From NCBI GenBank assembly GCA_963773285.1, contig CAVZAM010000006.1:25786-89785 (forward strand): a DNA stretch of 64,000 nt, given 5' to 3'. This stretch comes from an uncultured delta proteobacterium. Its GTDB lineage: Bacteria > Desulfobacterota > Desulfobaccia > Desulfobaccales > 0-14-0-80-60-11. Within the stretch, counting starts at the first letter, position 1. Every line of letters begins with the position of its first letter. The notes beneath the pieces were generated by a model. It did no database searches and was not told where the DNA came from. It saw only the letters and a program-made list of their open reading frames with translations. The position numbers and the translations under genes are program-made. Positions 41,351-51,340 of the stretch are shown piece after piece.

Positions 41351-42661
41351 TTATAAATAGCGGCCGCCTCTTTGCCCGGCAAAGGCGTTGCGGGTATCCA
41401 CGATGAGGCGGGCCTTTGTGGCGATCCCGGCGTAGTCGTAGGCGCTGTGGTCAGTCACCAGGAGCACGCAGTCGGCCTGTGCAAGGTTTTCCGGGGACAG
41501 CTCCAGGCTCTTGAGGTTGAGGCCCGGGTAGTGCCGCCCGCCCTTCAGGTGGGGGATATGGGGATCGTTATAGCTCACCTCCGCCCCCTTTTGTTGCAAC
41601 AGGGAGATGATCTTCAACCCGGGGGATTCCCGGGGGTCGTCCACGTCTTTTTTGTAGGCCGCGCCCAACACCAGGATTTTGGAGCCCTTGAGGGCCTTCC
41701 CCTGGTCGTTCAGGGCATCGGCGACCCGCTGCACCACAAAATACGGCATGGAGGCATTGACTTCGCCGGCCAGCTCGATGAAGCGGGTGGAAAGGTCGTA
41801 CTGACGGGCCTTCCAGGTCAGGTAAAAGGGGTCGATGGGGATGCAGTGCCCGCCCAGGCCCGGCCCGGGGTAAAAGGCCTGGAACCCGAAGGGCTTGGTC
41901 CGGGAGGCCTCGATGACCTCGAAGACGTCCAGCCCCATACGGAGGCACAGCACCTTGAGTTCGTTGATGAGGGCGATGTTCACCGACCGGTAAATGTTCT
42001 CCAGGAGCTTGGTCATCTCCGCCGCCTGGGTGGATGACACCGGCACCACCCGGTCCACCACCTGGCTGTACAGGGCCACCCCGTTTTCCCGGCAGGCGGG
42101 CGTGATGCCCCCCACCACCTTGGGGATGTTTTGCACGTGGAAGGAGGGGTTGCCCGGGTCCTCCCGCTCCGGGGAAAAGACCAGGAAAAAGTCCTGGCCC
42201 ACCGCCAGTTTTTTGCTCAACAGAGGCAGGAGCACCTCCACGGTGGTGCCGGGGTAGGTGGTTGACTCCAGCGACACCAGCTGGCCGGGGCGCAGGGCAT
42301 GGGCGATATCCCGGGTGGTATTTTCCACGTACTTGAGGTCCGGCTCCCGGGACGGGGTCAGGGGCGTGGGCACGCAAATCAGCAGGGCATCCGGCTCCGA
42401 CAGGCGCGCCATGTCATGGGTGGCGGCAAAACGCGGCCTATCACCCCTGGCAGCCACCATCTCCGCCACCTGGCTGGAGGGGATATGCTTGATGTAGGAC
42501 TCGCCCCGGTTGAGGTGGTCCACCTTGGCCCGGTCCGTGTCAAACCCCAGCACCGGGAAACCCATCTCCCAAAACCGCAACACCAGGGGCAACCCTACAT
42601 ACCCCAGGCCAATCACCCCGATCAGGGCTTCCTTCTGGTCGATTTTCTCACGAAATGTCAT
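41351..42661 (-). CDS. nucleotide-sugar dehydrogenase (UDP-glucose/GDP-mannose dehydrogenase family)
   Basis: 436-aa ORF with Rossmann motif GVIGLGYVGLPL and catalytic region GLGGHCIPIDP. Substrate is not assignable. Confidence 0.88.
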   Translation of the reverse strand: MTFREKIDQKEALIGVIGLGYVGLPLVLRFWEMGFPVLGFDTDRAKVDHLNRGESYIKHIPSSQVAEMVAARGDRPRFAATHDMARLSEPDALLICVPTPLTPSREPDLKYVENTTRDIAHALRPGQLVSLESTTYPGTTVEVLLPLLSKKLAVGQDFFLVFSPEREDPGNPSFHVQNIPKVVGGITPACRENGVALYSQVVDRVVPVSSTQAAEMTKLLENIYRSVNIALINELKVLCLRMGLDVFEVIEASRTKPFGFQAFYPGPGLGGHCIPIDPFYLTWKARQYDLSTRFIELAGEVNASMPYFVVQRVADALNDQGKALKGSKILVLGAAYKKDVDDPRESPGLKIISLLQQKGAEVSYNDPHIPHLKGGRHYPGLNLKSLELSPENLAQADCVLLVTDHSAYDYAGIATKARLIVDTRNAFAGQRGGRYL

Positions 42662-42686
42662 GTCTCTCTCTTGGCTTGAAGTAGTT

Positions 42687-42880
42687 TTGTGGGGGAGGGG
42701 GCTAAGGGTCAGAGACCCTTACCCCCTCCCCCACGCCCCCACCCCCAATCCCTTGAGTTGGGTTTAATGCAGCTAAAGTCGAGGCCGGAAAGCCTCAGCT
42801 TTAGTCCAACTCAAAGGGGGTTGGGAGGGGAGTGTGAGGGGAGGGCGGGGGAGCCACCGCTCCCCCGGCCCTCCCCTCAC
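42687..42880 (+). repeat. G/C-tract modular repeat, copy 7 (full length, variant right unit)
   Basis: The left unit matches the consensus. The right unit is GAGGGGAGGGCGGGGGAGCcaccGCTCCCCCGGCCCTCCCCTC. It ends 3 nt before the purH stop. Confidence 0.9.
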
Positions 42881-42883
42881 ATC

Positions 42884-44176
42884 TCAATGCTTGAAGCAGC
42901 GTTGGCCGGTGAAGACCATGGCCACCGGCGGGTCGGCTTCGTTGCAGGCCTCGATGGATTCGTGGTCCCGCATGGACCCCCCGGCGTGGGCGATGGCGGC
43001 AATGCCCTGGCGGATGGCCACGTCCACCCCGTCCCTGAAGGGAAAGAAGGCGTCTGAGACCATGGCGGCGCCGATGAGCCCGCCCCTGGCCTCTTCGGTT
43101 TCCTTGTCGATGTCCACCTTGTCGGAGTTTTCCCGCTGACGCTGGAGGATGCCCAATTCCAGTTCCTTGTAGGGGATGCCGAAGCGCTCGAAGCAGAGCT
43201 TGTCGGCGTACTTGGTGTAGGCCTTGTAGATGGCGATTTCGGCCACCCCCACCCGGTCCTGTTCGCCGGTGCCGATGCCCTGGGTGACGCCGTCCTTGAC
43301 GAACAGGACGGAATTGGAGGTCACCCCCTGCTCCACCCACCAGCCGAACAGCAGGTCGTCGTATTCCCGGTCGGTGGGCTGGCGCCGGCAGCGGTATTCC
43401 TTGCCCTGGTAGGTGGCCACCGCGGGCTTGAAGTCTTCTTTCTTCAGGATGGCGTTCTGGGGGGACTGCTGCACGATAATGCCGCCGTCCACCAGGCTTT
43501 TGAAGTCCACGAAACGCTTGTGCAGGAGCTCTTTGAGCCGGTCGAAGCGGGGCACCCGGATGATGCGCAGGTCCTTGGATTTTTTCAGGATGTTAAGTGC
43601 GCCGGCCTCGAAATCCGGCGCGGCCACCACCTCCAGGTAGTTTTTGCTGATGAGCTCCGCGGCGACTTTGTCCAGGGGGCGGTTGAACACCGCGGCCCCC
43701 CCGAACGCGGCGATGCGGTCGGCCATGTTGGCCTTGTCGTAGGCCCGGGCCGGGGAATCCCCCCAGGCGGCGCCGCAGGGGTTGTTGTGCTTGAGGATGA
43801 CGCAGGCGGGTTTTTTATCCAGGAATTTTATAATATTGAGGCCGTTGTCCAGGTCGGTGAGGTTAATTTTGCCCGGGTGCTTGCCCGCCTGGAGCATGCC
43901 CGCTTCGTCCAGGGCGCTCACCAGGCCCGAGCCCGGCTCGACGAACTGGCAGTTGCCCAGGGTGAGATTGCCACCCACCAGCTCATAGAGGGCCGCCTCC
44001 TGGTCCGGATTTTCGCCGTAGCGCAGCCCGCTGTCGATGACCTCGCCACTTTTGGGGTCGGGGATCTTCCAGGTGCGCTTCCGGTAGACGAGCTTCTGGT
44101 CGCCGAAGGTGATGGTCATTTCCGGGGGAAAGTGGTCTGCCAGGATGGTGCGGTACATGGCCTTGGTGGTGCTCAT
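42884..44176 (-). CDS. purH: AICAR formyltransferase (PurH-type AICARFT domain without the N-terminal IMP cyclohydrolase/MGS domain)
   Basis: ATG at 44176 follows GGAGGAGAGG. LRYGENPDQ lies about 55 aa from the N-terminus, and the C-terminus is ..GGSMRDHESIEA...TGQRCFKH. Confidence 0.88.
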   Translation of the reverse strand: MSTTKAMYRTILADHFPPEMTITFGDQKLVYRKRTWKIPDPKSGEVIDSGLRYGENPDQEAALYELVGGNLTLGNCQFVEPGSGLVSALDEAGMLQAGKHPGKINLTDLDNGLNIIKFLDKKPACVILKHNNPCGAAWGDSPARAYDKANMADRIAAFGGAAVFNRPLDKVAAELISKNYLEVVAAPDFEAGALNILKKSKDLRIIRVPRFDRLKELLHKRFVDFKSLVDGGIIVQQSPQNAILKKEDFKPAVATYQGKEYRCRRQPTDREYDDLLFGWWVEQGVTSNSVLFVKDGVTQGIGTGEQDRVGVAEIAIYKAYTKYADKLCFERFGIPYKELELGILQRQRENSDKVDIDKETEEARGGLIGAAMVSDAFFPFRDGVDVAIRQGIAAIAHAGGSMRDHESIEACNEADPPVAMVFTGQRCFKH

Positions 44177-44236
44177 AGATGCCTCTCCTCCATGGTTGAT
44201 ATGGGCCCGCGTCACAGGGACCGGCGGCCGGGGCCG

Positions 44237-45076
44237 TCAACGGCCCTTGGGCTCCTGGTAGTTGTTGTACGTCTTCACCAGTTCCAGGTAGCGCAGGGGG
44301 TCGAAGTTCACAAAGCGGTACTGCTGGAAGACCTTGCCGCCGCTCAAATAGCTGTGCACCAGGCGCTTCTGGAATTCCACGAAACCGAGGCCCTGCGGCT
44401 GCGTCAGATGCTGGCTCATGAAATCGGGGGTCCTGCGGTCCGACAGGTACTCCGGGATCGGGTCGTTGACGAATTCGTCGGCATGGTAGAGGCCGAACAG
44501 GTGTCCCAGTTCGTGGATCATGACGTTGGCCAGCTTCTGGGGGTTGTACCTCGCTTCCCTGGGCCCGTTGCTGCAGATGTCTTTTTCGAAGTGCTTGAAA
44601 TCCAGGTGGATGGTGGACAGGTTGAGGTGGGCGAAGGCGTACTTGTCCCGGCAGACCGCGGTGAACCGGGTCCGGTAGGGCGGTTCCACCTGAAAGGCCT
44701 TGAAGGTGCGGTCCAGCCAGGCCTCGTGAGTCAGGGCCTCGAAGCGCAGGTGCTTGCCCGGGGCCAGATTGCCGGGCGTGGTTTGCCCGGGGACCATCTC
44801 CAGCATGACCCCCATTTTCGCGTAAAATGCCTGGACCGTGGGCCAGGCTTCCTGTGAGAGGCGGTGGAAGGAGTTCATCTCCGGGTTAGGCGAGGCGTAA
44901 ATCTCCACCATCACGTGCTTGGGGCTCATGTCCAGGGGGCCGAGATCGGCAAGGGAAAAAAGGGCCGCCTCCCGGGCCGGGGTCAAGGGTTCGGCGGTTC
45001 TCCCCCGGGAGCCGATCACGGAAAGAATCAGCAACAGCAGGCCTACGACCGAGCCCAGAAAAAATTTTTTCCACAT
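44237..45076 (-). CDS. putative secreted/anchored zinc metalloprotease (HExxHxxGxxH)
   Basis: An internal ATG at 45076 ([20 protein letters not shown]) and the metzincin-type motif [11 protein letters not shown]. Confidence 0.7.
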   Translation of the reverse strand: MWKKFFLGSVVGLLLLILSVIGSRGRTAEPLTPAREAALFSLADLGPLDMSPKHVMVEIYASPNPEMNSFHRLSQEAWPTVQAFYAKMGVMLEMVPGQTTPGNLAPGKHLRFEALTHEAWLDRTFKAFQVEPPYRTRFTAVCRDKYAFAHLNLSTIHLDFKHFEKDICSNGPREARYNPQKLANVMIHELGHLFGLYHADEFVNDPIPEYLSDRRTPDFMSQHLTQPQGLGFVEFQKRLVHSYLSGGKVFQQYRFVNFDPLRYLELVKTYNNYQEPKGR

Positions 45077-45135
45077 TACTTTGTTTTTTTCAAAATTCAC
45101 GTAAACTAAAAAATTCGAAGAAAGGAGCAAGCACC

Positions 45136-45330
45136 ATGGCTTTCGTCTGTGAAATTTGCGGTAAACGGCCCCAAGTGGGGAACAATGTCAGCCACGCTAA
45201 CAACCACACCAAGCGGCGCTGGAAGCCCAACCTGAAGCGCGTCCGGGCCTTGCGGGAGGGTTCCGTCCAGTATATCCGGGTCTGCACCCGCTGCCTGCGC
45301 TCCGGCTACGTGGTGAAAAAGTCGGCCTGA
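45136..45330 (+). CDS. rpmB: 50S ribosomal protein L28
   Basis: 64-aa [36 protein letters not shown]. Confidence 0.95.
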   Translation: MAFVCEICGKRPQVGNNVSHANNHTKRRWKPNLKRVRALREGSVQYIRVCTRCLRSGYVVKKSA

Positions 45331-45334
45331 AATT

Positions 45335-45467
45335 AAGCAGTCAGCAGCCGGCTGTAAGCAGTCGGAACAATCATAGTTTTGCCGATGGCAGGCACACAGG
45401 GATGCCTGAGGTTTGGGTGGGCAACCTAGCCCGGCCGCACGCGTGAACTGACTGCTGACTGCTTTTT
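45335..45467 (+). terminator. long-range 13-bp inverted repeat built from TNAGCAG heptamers, followed by T5 (possible rpmB terminator or small structured element)
   Basis: AAGCAGTCAGCAG (45335-45347) pairs perfectly with CTGCTGACTGCTT (45452-45464), followed by TTTTT. The 104-nt interior holds a CAGGCA/TGCCTG hairpin. Confidence 0.45.
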
Positions 45468-45491
45468 GCATACCCTGCACTCCTCTACCCC

Positions 45492-47642
45492 TCACGTCTT
45501 CACCCTTTTTACGGAAATCACTTCCTTCAGCCTCTTCAACGCGGTAAACACCCGGTCCAGGTGCTGCTGATCGGACACCTGCACGGTGAAATTGGCGATG
45601 CCCTTCAGTTCGGTGGTGGTGGTCACCGAGGCCTTGGTGACATTGACGTCGGCGGTCTTCAAGGCATTGCTGATGTCGGCCAGCAGCCCCGGCTTGTCCA
45701 CCGTAACCACCTGGATGTTGGCGGGGTAGAGGTCCTGGGGGCGGCCGTCCCACTCCGCCGGGATTTGCCGGAAGGACTCGGTCCTGGCCAGGTAGGCGCA
45801 GTCGCTCCGGTGGATGGTGACCCCCTTGCCCTTGGTGATGTAGCCCACGATGGGGTCCCCCGGGATGGGCTGGCAGCACGCGGCCAGGTGGATAAGCAGG
45901 TCCTGGAGCCCCTTGATGCGGATGGGGCCGGCCTCCTTGGGGGGGCGCACCTCCGCTTCGATGGGGAGCGCGGCCCCTTCGGCGGCGGGGGAAATAAGCT
46001 TCTGGAGGCGCCCGTTCACCTGGCCCGGGGACAGCTTGCCGTGGCCGATGGCCTCGAGGAGGTCGTCAAGACTGTGAAAGGAGAAATCCGCGGTCACCTT
46101 TTTCAGGTCATCGCTGTTTTTCATGAGCTTCTGGATGCTCAGGCCGCCTTTACGCAGTTCCCGCTCCAGGAGTTCCTTGCCTAGCCCGATGCTCTGCTCC
46201 CGCTCGGCCGCCTTGAGCCACTGGCGGATCTTGTGCCGGGCCTTGGAGGTCTTGACGAACTGGAGCCAATCACGGTTGGGGCGCTGGTTCGTGCTGGTGG
46301 TGATTTCCACCGTGTCGCCGTTCTGGAGCTCGTGGCGCAGGGGCACCATGCGGCCGTTGACCTTGGCGCCGGTGCAGGCGTTGCCCACCTCGGAGTGGAT
46401 GGCGTAGGCGAAGTCGACCGGGGTGGCGCCCCGGGGCAGCTCCTTGACCTCGCCCTGGGGGGTGAAGACATACACCTCGTCCGGAATGAGTTCAAGGCGC
46501 ATACCTTCCAGGAGTTCTTCCGGCGTCTTCAGTTCCTTTTGCAGGTCCACCAGCTGCCGCAGCCAGGCGAATTGCTGGGCATCTTTTTCCTTGAAAGGCC
46601 TTTTTTCCTTGTAGCTCCAGTGCGCGGCGATGCCTTCCTCGGCGATGCGGTGCATCTCCTGGGTGCGGATCTGCACCTCCATGCGCTCGCCGTAGGGCCC
46701 GATAACCGTGGTGTGGATGGACTGGTAGAAGTTGGCCTTGGGCATGCCGATGTAGTCCTTGAGGCGCCCGGGCACCGGCCGGAAGAGGTTGTTCACCACG
46801 CCCAGGGCCTCGTAGCATTCGCTCACGGTGCTGAGGACGATGCGGAAGGCCAGGATGTCGTGGAGTTCCTCCAGGGACATCTCCTGGGCCTGGAGCTTCC
46901 GGTAAATGCTGTAAATCTGCTTCAGCCGGCCGCTCACTTCCCCCTCTAAACCGTGTTCCTTGAGCTTTGTCCGCAAAAGCTCGCTGATCTCCTCGAGGTA
47001 TTTTTCCCGTTCCCCTTTCTTGAGGATCAGGCCTTCCTGGATCAGCTTGTAGGCCTCGGGCTCGAGATAAAAAAAGGCCAGGTCCTCCAGTTCGGCCTTG
47101 ATCCGGAACATGCCCAGGCGGCCGGCCAAGGGGGCGTAGATGTCCATGGTTTCCCGGGCGATGCGCTTCTGCTTGGCGGGCTCCATGAAGCCCAGGGTGC
47201 GCATGTTGTGGGCCCGGTCGGCCAGCTTCACCAGGAGCACCCGGATGTCATGGGACATGGACAGGACCATCTTGCGGATGTACTCGGCCTGCTGGGTGGC
47301 CTTGTCCCCGAAGACCAGCTGGCCGATCTTGGTGACGCCGTTGACGATGTCGGTGACTTCCTCGCCGAAATACTCGTCCAGGTCGTCGAGGCTGGCCACG
47401 GTGTCTTCCACCGTGTCGTGGAGGAGGCCGGCGGAGACGGTTACCGGGCCTAAACCCATCTGGGCCAGGAGGTAGCCCACTTCTAAAGGGTGGGAGAGGT
47501 AGGGCTCCCCGGACAGACGCAATTGGCCTTCGTGGGCCTTGGCGGAAAAGACGTAGGCCTTCTGGATCAGGCTGGTATCCACCTCAGGATGGTGCTTGAG
47601 GACCTCTCCTTCAATGTCCTGGAGGCGGATAATTCTATTCAT
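45492..47642 (-). CDS. relA: bifunctional (p)ppGpp synthetase/hydrolase (RelA/SpoT homolog)
   Basis: The true ATG is at 47642 (MNRIIRLQDIEG); upstream codons in the track ORF read through proS. It has an HD hydrolase motif HPLEV..HDTVEDT, a synthetase domain, and TGS and ACT regions. Confidence 0.95.
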   Translation of the reverse strand: MNRIIRLQDIEGEVLKHHPEVDTSLIQKAYVFSAKAHEGQLRLSGEPYLSHPLEVGYLLAQMGLGPVTVSAGLLHDTVEDTVASLDDLDEYFGEEVTDIVNGVTKIGQLVFGDKATQQAEYIRKMVLSMSHDIRVLLVKLADRAHNMRTLGFMEPAKQKRIARETMDIYAPLAGRLGMFRIKAELEDLAFFYLEPEAYKLIQEGLILKKGEREKYLEEISELLRTKLKEHGLEGEVSGRLKQIYSIYRKLQAQEMSLEELHDILAFRIVLSTVSECYEALGVVNNLFRPVPGRLKDYIGMPKANFYQSIHTTVIGPYGERMEVQIRTQEMHRIAEEGIAAHWSYKEKRPFKEKDAQQFAWLRQLVDLQKELKTPEELLEGMRLELIPDEVYVFTPQGEVKELPRGATPVDFAYAIHSEVGNACTGAKVNGRMVPLRHELQNGDTVEITTSTNQRPNRDWLQFVKTSKARHKIRQWLKAAEREQSIGLGKELLERELRKGGLSIQKLMKNSDDLKKVTADFSFHSLDDLLEAIGHGKLSPGQVNGRLQKLISPAAEGAALPIEAEVRPPKEAGPIRIKGLQDLLIHLAACCQPIPGDPIVGYITKGKGVTIHRSDCAYLARTESFRQIPAEWDGRPQDLYPANIQVVTVDKPGLLADISNALKTADVNVTKASVTTTTELKGIANFTVQVSDQQHLDRVFTALKRLKEVISVKRVKT

Positions 47643-49351
47643 GGAGCCCTTGGTCCATGAGGTCCTGGATAGCGGGGAGCAGCCGGTCCAGGTCCACCAG
47701 GGACATTTCCCGGGAGCGCCGCCGGCGCACCTCGGCCTGGCCCTTGGCCAGGGTCTTGGGGCCCACCACCACCCGCACGGGGAGACCCAGGAGGTCCATG
47801 TCCTTGAACTTGACCCCCGGCCGTTCGTCCCGGTCGTCCAGGAGGACCTCCAGGCCCGCGGCCTCAAACTCGTCGTGGAGGCGCTGGACCGTGTCCCGGG
47901 TGGCTTCGTCGTTCATGTTGATGGGGACCAGGCCCACCTGGAAGGGGGCCAGGGGCACGGGCCAGATGATACCGTCGTCGTCATGGCCCTGCTCGATGGC
48001 CGCAGCCATGATGCGGCTCACCCCGATGCCGTAGCAGCCCATATAAATGTATTGTTCCCCGCCGTCCGCATCCAGAAACTTGGCATTCATGGCCTTGGAG
48101 TATTTGTAGCCCAGCTTGAAGACGTGCCCCACCTCGATGCCCTTGAGGATGGTCAGGGCGGCCCCGCAGCGGGGGCAGGGGTCCTGGTCGGTAGCCAGGC
48201 GCAGGTCGGCCACCCGGGTGAAATGTCAAATCCCGCCCGGGGTGCACCCCGGTGAGGTGATGGCCGGTCTGGTTGGCGCCGGTGACCATGGCGGGAAGCG
48301 CGGCCACGGCCTGGTCGGCGTAAACCGGGATGGACAGGCCCATGGGCCCCGTAAAGCCCACCTCGGCGGAGGTCAACTCCCGCACCCGGTCCGGGCCGGC
48401 CAGCAGGAGTTCGGTGGCGCCCAGGAGATTTTTCACCTTCACTTCGTTTACTTCGTGATCGCCCCGGATGAGCACGGCCACCGGGCCCAGGTCGGTTTCG
48501 TAAATCAGGGTCTTGACGATGTCCCGGGGCTGCACCATGAGGAAGGCCGCCACCTCCTCCACGGTGCGCACCCCGGGGGTGGCCACGAGATGCGGGGCGC
48601 CCGGGGGCGGTGATCCGGAACTTACTGCCATGGCAGGCACTTCGGCTTTTTCCAGGTTGGCGGCGTAATCACAGGCGGTGCAGGAGGCCAGGAAATCCTC
48701 GCCGGTGTCCGCCAGGACCATGAATTCGTGGGAGAAGCTGCCGCCGATGGGACCGCTGTCCGCCTCCACGGCCTTGAAGGTGAGGCCACAGCGGCGGAAG
48801 ATGCGGCTGTAAGCCTCGTACATGGCTTTATAGGTGCACTCCGCCCCGGCCTCGTCAATGTCGAAGCTGTAGGCGTCCTTCATGATAAACTCGCGGCCCC
48901 GGATGAGCCCGAAGCGGGGCCGGATTTCATCCCGGAACTTCACCTGGATCTGGTAGAGGTTCAAGGGGAGCTGGCGGTAGGAGTGGACTTCCCGCCGCAC
49001 CAGGTCGGTGATCACCTCTTCGTGGGTGGGGCCGAAACAGCAGTCCCGGCCGTGGCGGTCCTGGAAGCGCAGCAGTTCCTTGCCGTAAATCTGCCAGCGC
49101 CCCGACTCCTGCCACAATTCGGCCGGCTGCACGGCGGGGAGCAGCACTTCCTGGGCCCCGGCCCGGTTCATCTCCTGCCGGACGATGGCCTCCACCTTGC
49201 GCAAGACCCGCAGACCCACGGGGAGATAATCGTAAATCCCCGAGGCCAGCTTGCGGATCATCCCGGCCCGAAACAGCAAAATATGGGACGCGGCTTCGGC
49301 TTCAGCCGGGACTTCCTTTAACGTGGGAATGAGCAGTTGACTGTAGCGCAT
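47635..49351 (-). pseudogene. proS: prolyl-tRNA synthetase, frame broken by one extra base
   Basis: ORFs 47981..49351 and 47635..48213 are one gene. Class II motifs are present. One extra base within 48212-48223 separates ..[10 protein letters not shown] from [18 protein letters not shown]. The stop overlaps the relA start by 8 nt. Confidence 0.9.
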
Positions 49352-49430
49352 AGTTTTCTCAGGGTAATTAGTTTACCATATATTGCACTAAACACCACGC
49401 TTTAAGGCCCCTTGGCCAATATGAAATTTA

Positions 49431-49615
49431 GGGGGGAGGGCCAGGGACCTGCGGTCCCTGCCCTCCCCCCACACCCCCTCCCAACCCTTTGAGTTTGGCT
49501 GAAATTGAGGCCTAAAGCCCACAACTTCAGCCGGATTAAACTCAACTCAGGGGATTGGGGGAGGGGGCGTGGGGGAGGGGGTAAGGGCCTGCGGTCCTTA
49601 GCCCTCTCCCCACAA
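49431..49615 (-). repeat. G/C-tract modular repeat, copy 8 (full length, inverted)
   Basis: It is the reverse complement of the consensus. The right-unit stem is changed to GGGACC/GGTCCC, a compensatory pair flip. Confidence 0.9.
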
Positions 49616-49622
49616 CCTGCGC

Positions 49623-50624
49623 TTACCCCGGTCCCAGGTGGATAAGGGCGTATTCCAGCCAGAGGCGGGGGGTGGAGGCGCTGGTTTTCAAGGAAAGGTC
49701 GGCCTGGTGCAGAAGTTTGAGGTGGGCTCGCAAGGCCTGGAGGGAAAAATTTTTCGCCTGCCGCGCCAGGCGGTCCACCTGCCAGGGAGACAGACCCAGT
49801 TTTTTTGCCAGGTCACCCGGGGGGGACTGGGGGCCAAGCTCTTTGCAACGGATGAGAAGGCGGAGTTGCCGGGCCAGCATGGTGAGAATGCGGGGCGGGG
49901 GTTCCCCCAGTTCCAGGAGGTGGTCCAGGGCTGCCAGGCGGCGTTGCACCGCTTTTTCCCCCAGGGCTTCCACCAGGGCGAAGATGTTGTAGGTGCGGCT
50001 GTGACTGGCAAGCTGGCTTACCTGCTGGGGGGTGAGGGTGGCCTGGTCGCCGGCGAACAGCGCCAGTTTTTCCAGTTCCTGGTTAAGTTCCAGGAGGTTG
50101 TCCCCCACCACCTCCACCAGGCGCTGGGCCGCGGCCGGCGGCAGGGTCTTCCCCAGGCGCCTGGCCTCCTTGGCCAGCCAGGAAAACAGGTCAGCATCCC
50201 TAAGGCGGGAAAACCCCAGGGCAGCCTGGTCTTTCTGCAGGCGGCCGAACACGGCGTGTTTTTCCACGGCCCTGGCCTTGAGGCTGGGGGCGGTAAGGAC
50301 GACCAGGCTGCGGGGGGCCGGGTGGCGGAGGTAGTCGGTCACGGCGCTTAAGGCCTCGGCGGGGTAAGTGTCCGCCCGGCGCAGGATGAGCAGCTGCGTT
50401 TCGCCCCACAGCGTGGTCATGCGGGCCTGGGCGAGAAATTCCTCCAGGCTCACTTCCGGGGCCTCCCGCACCACCCGCAGCACGGGCTCGCCGGAGGCCT
50501 CGGCCAACGCCGTCTCCAGGCGCCGCAGGGCCCGCTCCAGCAAGAACTCTTCTTCACCATAGAAGAGATAGAGGGGCCTTAAACTCCGGCTTTCCAAGTG
50601 GCGTTTCAGGATAGGGTGGGACAT
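49623..50624 (-). CDS. holA: DNA polymerase III delta subunit
   Basis: The true ATG is at 50624 (MSHPILKRHLE..LYLFYGEEEFL); the 49 upstream codons in the track ORF read through repeat copy 9. Confidence 0.88.
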   Translation of the reverse strand: MSHPILKRHLESRSLRPLYLFYGEEEFLLERALRRLETALAEASGEPVLRVVREAPEVSLEEFLAQARMTTLWGETQLLILRRADTYPAEALSAVTDYLRHPAPRSLVVLTAPSLKARAVEKHAVFGRLQKDQAALGFSRLRDADLFSWLAKEARRLGKTLPPAAAQRLVEVVGDNLLELNQELEKLALFAGDQATLTPQQVSQLASHSRTYNIFALVEALGEKAVQRRLAALDHLLELGEPPPRILTMLARQLRLLIRCKELGPQSPPGDLAKKLGLSPWQVDRLARQAKNFSLQALRAHLKLLHQADLSLKTSASTPRLWLEYALIHLGPG

Positions 50625-50648
50625 GGGAAACCTTAGAAAGTTTTTAGT

Positions 50649-50764
50649 GGGGGGAGGGCCAGGGAGCAGTGGCTCCCTGCCCTCCCCCCACGCCCCCCTC
50701 CCAACCCTTTGAGACTCAAGGGATTGGGGGAGGGGGTAAGTTCTGCCCTTAGCCTCCTCCCCGC
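50649..50764 (-). repeat. G/C-tract repeat, copy 9 (inverted, compact, no centre)
   Basis: The arms CCCAACCCTTTGAG and CTCAAGGGATTGGG are separated by a single base. The left unit is degenerate and lacks the second C-tract. Confidence 0.85.
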
Positions 50765-50776
50765 TATGCAATATCC

Positions 50777-51241
50777 TTAAATCACCAGCAAAACCTTGTC
50801 CAGCATCCTCTGGGCCAGGCTGGCGGCGCCCCGGCGTACACCCATGTCTTTCAGGGCCTCCCCTTCCTGGTAGGTCTGGTTCACGACGTAGTCTTCCTGG
50901 ACAATGCCGTGGTCCTTCCAGATCACCTTGCCGGTGCTGCGGCGTTTCAGCTGCAGCTCGACCCGGATGGTGGCCCGGCGCACCACGGAGCGGTTGATGT
51001 TGAAGTAGGCGGTGGAGGAGAAGGCCACCGAGGCGATTTTGCCTTCCAGGACCAGGTCGGCATTCTCCGGCCGGGGGGTGACCCGCATGGCCTGGCTGTG
51101 GGCGAAGGTCTCGATGAAGGTGTTGGCGAACAGGGATTCCAGGCCTATCTCAGTGGAATTATTGGAAAACAATGGAATGGCCACCACCGGGCGGGGGGCA
51201 TGGGCCGCGGTGGTCTCGCCGTGGGCCCCGCTATTCGCCAC
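50777..51241 (-). CDS. lptE: LPS-assembly lipoprotein LptE (signal peptide probably displaced by a missing base)
   Basis: The position between leuS and holA fits lptE. The frame continues upstream as LVVPFSWSPTGCGYHL (lipobox-like). A TTG at 51330 plus one base restored in A4 at 51296-51299 would give MSDQPKTFSLIFLALVVPF... Confidence 0.75.
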   Translation of the reverse strand: MANSGAHGETTAAHAPRPVVAIPLFSNNSTEIGLESLFANTFIETFAHSQAMRVTPRPENADLVLEGKIASVAFSSTAYFNINRSVVRRATIRVELQLKRRSTGKVIWKDHGIVQEDYVVNQTYQEGEALKDMGVRRGAASLAQRMLDKVLLVI

Positions 51242-51340
51242 CAGGTGATAGCCGCAGCCGGTCGGGGACCAGGAAAATGGTACAACCAGGGCCAGAAAAT
51301 CAGGCTGAATGTCTTTGGTTGATCAGACAAGGTTACGAGC

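Noticed and set aside
47643-47867. 75-codon N-terminal extension of relA in the ORF track (and the 49-codon extension of holA at 50625-50771)
   Set aside because: The relA extension is an out-of-frame read of the proS 3' end, and the holA extension reads through repeat copy 9. Conserved N-termini begin at the internal ATGs 47642 and 50624.
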